DNA of 64,000 bases, from contig OZ024751.1 of assembly GCA_964016885.1 (NCBI GenBank), positions 1,984,001 to 2,048,000 on the forward strand. The letters run 5' to 3'. The DNA is from Eledone cirrhosa. Taxonomy: Eukaryota. The position numbers were made by a program, and so were the translations under genes. Shown one piece after another: positions 62,301 through 64,000 of the stretch. How positions within the stretch are numbered: position 1 is the first letter of the stretch; every line of letters starts with the position of its first letter. Below the pieces are notes generated by a model. The model made no database searches, was not told the origin of the DNA, and worked only from the letters and a program-made list of their open reading frames with translations.

Positions 62301-64000
62301 TGTTGGTGTTGTTGGTGTTGTTGTTGTTACTGTTGTTGGTGTTGTTGGTGTTACTGTTGTTGGTGTTGTTAGTATTAATGTTGTTGGTGTTGTTGGTTTT
62401 ACTCTTGTTGGTGTTGGTGGTGTTACTGTTGTTGGTGTTGTTGATGTTACTTTTGTTGGTGTTGTTGGTGTTACTGTTGTTGGTATTGTTGGTGTTACTG
62501 TTGTTGGTGTTGTTGGTGTTACTGTTGTTGGTGTTGTTGGTGTTACTATTGTTGGTGTTTTAGTATTACTGTTGTTGGTGTTGGTGGTGTTACTGTTGTT
62601 GGTGTTGTTGGTGTTACTGTTGTTGGTGTTGTTAGTATTACTGTTGTTGATGTTGGTGGTGTTACTGTTGTTGGTGTTGTTGGTGTTACTGTTGTTGGTG
62701 TTGTTACTGTTACTGTTGTTGGTGTTGTTGGTGTTACTGTTGTTGGTGTTGGTGGTGTTACTGTTGTTGGTGTTGTTGGTGTTAATGTTGTTGGTGTTGT
62801 TTGTGTTACTGTTGTTGGTGTTGGTGGTGTTACTGTTGTTGGTGTTGTTGGTGTTACTGTTGTTGGTGTTGTTGGTGTAACTGCTGTTGTTGTTGTTGGT
62901 GTTTCTGTTGTTGTTGGTGTTGGTGTTACTGTTGTTGGTGTTGTTAGTGTTACTGGTGTTGGTGTTGCTGGTGTTACTGTTGTTGGTGTTGTTAGTGTTA
63001 ATGTTGTTGGTGTTGTTTGTGTTACTGTTGTTGGTGTTGGTGGTGATACTGTTGTTGGTGTTGTTGGTGTTACTGTTGTTGGTGTTGTTGGTGTTACTGT
63101 TGTTGGTGTTGTTGGTGGTGTTGGTGTTACTGTTGTTGGTGTTGTTGGTGTTACTGTTGTTGGTGTTGGTGGTGTTACTGTTGTTGGTTTTGTTGGTGTT
63201 ACTGTTGTTGGTGTTGTTGGTGTTACTGTTGTTGGTGTTGTTGGTGTTACTGTTGTTGGTGGTGTTGGTGTTACTGTTGTTGGTGTTGTTAGTGTTACTG
63301 TTGTTGGTGTTGTTGGTGTTACTGTTGTTGGTGTTGTTAGTGTTACTGTTGTTGGTGTTGTTGGTGTTACTGTTGTTGGTGTTGTTTGTGTTACTGTTGT
63401 TGGTGTTGTTGGTGTTACTGTTGTTGTTGTTGTTAGTGTTACTGTTGTTGGTGTTGTTGGTGTTACTGTTGTTGGTGTTGTTTGTGTTACTGTTGTTACT
63501 GTTGTTGGTGTTACTGTTGTTGGTGTTGTTGGTGTTACTGCTTTGGTGTTGTTGGTGTTACTGTTGTTGGTGTTGTTGGTGTTACTGTTGTTGGTGTTGT
63601 TGGTGTTACTGTTGTTGGTGTTGTTGGTGTTACTGTTGTTGGTGTTGTTGGTGTTACTGTTGTTGGTGCTGTTTGTGTTACTGTTGTTGGTGTTGGTGGT
63701 GTTACTGTTGTTGGTGTTGTTGGTGTTACTGTTGTTGGTGTTGGTGGTGTTACTGTTGTTGGTGTTGTTGGTGTTACTGTTGTTGGTGTTGTTAGTGTTA
63801 CTGTTGTTGTTGTTGTTGGTGTTACTGTTGTTGTGGTAATTAGTGTTACTGTTGTTGGTGTTGGTGGTGTTACTGTTGTTGGTGTTGTTGGTGTTGGTAG
63901 AGTTACTGTTGTTGGTGTTGTTTGTGTTACTGTTGTTGGTGTTGGTGGTGTTACTGTTGTTGGTGTTGTTGGTGTTACTGTTGTTGGAGTTGTTGGTGTT
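51480..64000. repeat. Recent ~7.8-kb offset duplication (~51.5-56.2 kb repeated at ~59.2-64.0 kb)
   Basis: Offset 7841: 54252/62093, 54721/62562, 55696/63537, 56058/63899. Offset 7757: 51579/59336, 52221/59978, 53199/60956. Confidence 0.9.

Larger units (their letters stand above)
1..64000. repeat. Giant 24-bp tandem repeat array (minisatellite/satellite), consensus ACTGTTGTTGGTGTTGTTGGTGTT, extending beyond both window edges
   Basis: Seen directly: the unit starts at base 1 (actgttgttggtgttgttagtgtt) and recurs in one orientation to base 64000. Common variants are GGT>AGT/TGT, GTT>GGT/ATT and ACT>AAT/TCT. Length variants are mostly 15, 21 and 33 bp. The consensus has 13 T, 9 G, 1 A and 1 C. 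Confidence 0.99.
1..64000 (-). pseudogene. Mucin-like Pro/Thr-rich (TPTTPTTV)n repeat region, disrupted by frameshifts and TGA stops
   Basis: The - strand frame reads ACA CCA ACA ACA CCA ACA ACA GTA (ORF track e.g. 8911..10806, 10806..12377, 29737..33312). Thr/Pro tandem repeats are typical of mucin PTS domains. Against an intact gene: 28 frame breaks, 6 in-frame TGA, and no signal peptide, CysD/VWD/SEA or other non-repeat domain in the window. A coding origin is inference. Confidence 0.4.

Noticed and set aside
5-63839. + strand poly-Leu/Val, (VTVVGVVG)n and (CYCCWCCW)n ORFs up to 4887 aa
   Set aside because: The consensus has no + strand stop in any frame, so long ORFs are automatic. Starts are GTG/TTG-type codons inside the repeat, and the composition flips at indels.
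1-64000. CRISPR array (24-bp repeats)
   Set aside because: No unique spacers, leader or cas genes; the repeats are directly adjacent.
1-64000. Telomerase-made telomeric repeat (long GT-rich unit containing GGTGT, like some budding-yeast repeats)
   Set aside because: Multi-kb blocks sharing private mutations indicate DNA-templated duplication, not re-copying of a short RNA template, and no chromosome end is visible.
1-64000. Splice signals on the - strand (GTAAC in each unit, TACTAAC in AGT-ATT variants)
   Set aside because: They follow automatically from the monomer and its variants; there is no U-rich polypyrimidine tract and no distinct intron sequence.
1-64000. G-quadruplex or hairpin array
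   Set aside because: Almost only GG doublets with long loops (GGG is very rare) and virtually no self-complementarity.
1-64000. Named mucin gene (e.g. MUC2, MUC5AC)
   Set aside because: The TPTTPTTV unit differs from the human MUC2 23-aa and MUC5AC TTSTTSAP repeats, and no diagnostic domain is present.
1-64000. Pure sequencing noise or synthetic low-complexity artefact
   Set aside because: Rare variants recur in fixed order at exact offsets and show nested ancestry (GTT>GAT>CAT). Copy number could still be mis-assembled.

Overview
The whole 64-kb window is one uninterrupted head-to-tail tandem array with no unique sequence, flanks, RNA genes, CRISPR spacers or mobile elements. The monomer is 24 bp (+ strand consensus ACT GTT GTT GGT GTT GTT GGT GTT; 22/24 bases G or T; roughly 2,600-2,700 copies by length/24), built on a (GTT)n scaffold. 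On the - strand one frame reads T-P-T-T-P-T-T-V (a mucin-like PTS repeat, nearly all codons NNA), a second reads N-T-N-N-T-N-N-S and the third has TAA in almost every unit. The + strand poly-Leu/Val, Val/Gly and Cys/Trp ORFs are by-products of the repeat. The PTS frame is not intact. By eye I count 28 single-base frame breaks, which reduce to 6 distinct lesions copied by duplication, plus 6 copies of one TGA stop that arose stepwise (ACA>TCA>TGA). Rare variants show nested higher-order duplications of about 0.3, 0.8, 1.4-1.7, 2.8-3.0, 4.0, 7.8 and 9.4-10.4 kb, a sub-family switch near 13.9 kb and mosaic copies suggesting gene conversion. The best reading is a giant, probably eukaryotic, minisatellite: either a decayed mucin-type PTS exon still amplifying as satellite DNA, or a GTT-derived satellite that mimics one. 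Organism and gene cannot be determined from this window, and assembly artefacts cannot be excluded. I see no evidence of a new multi-gene system.
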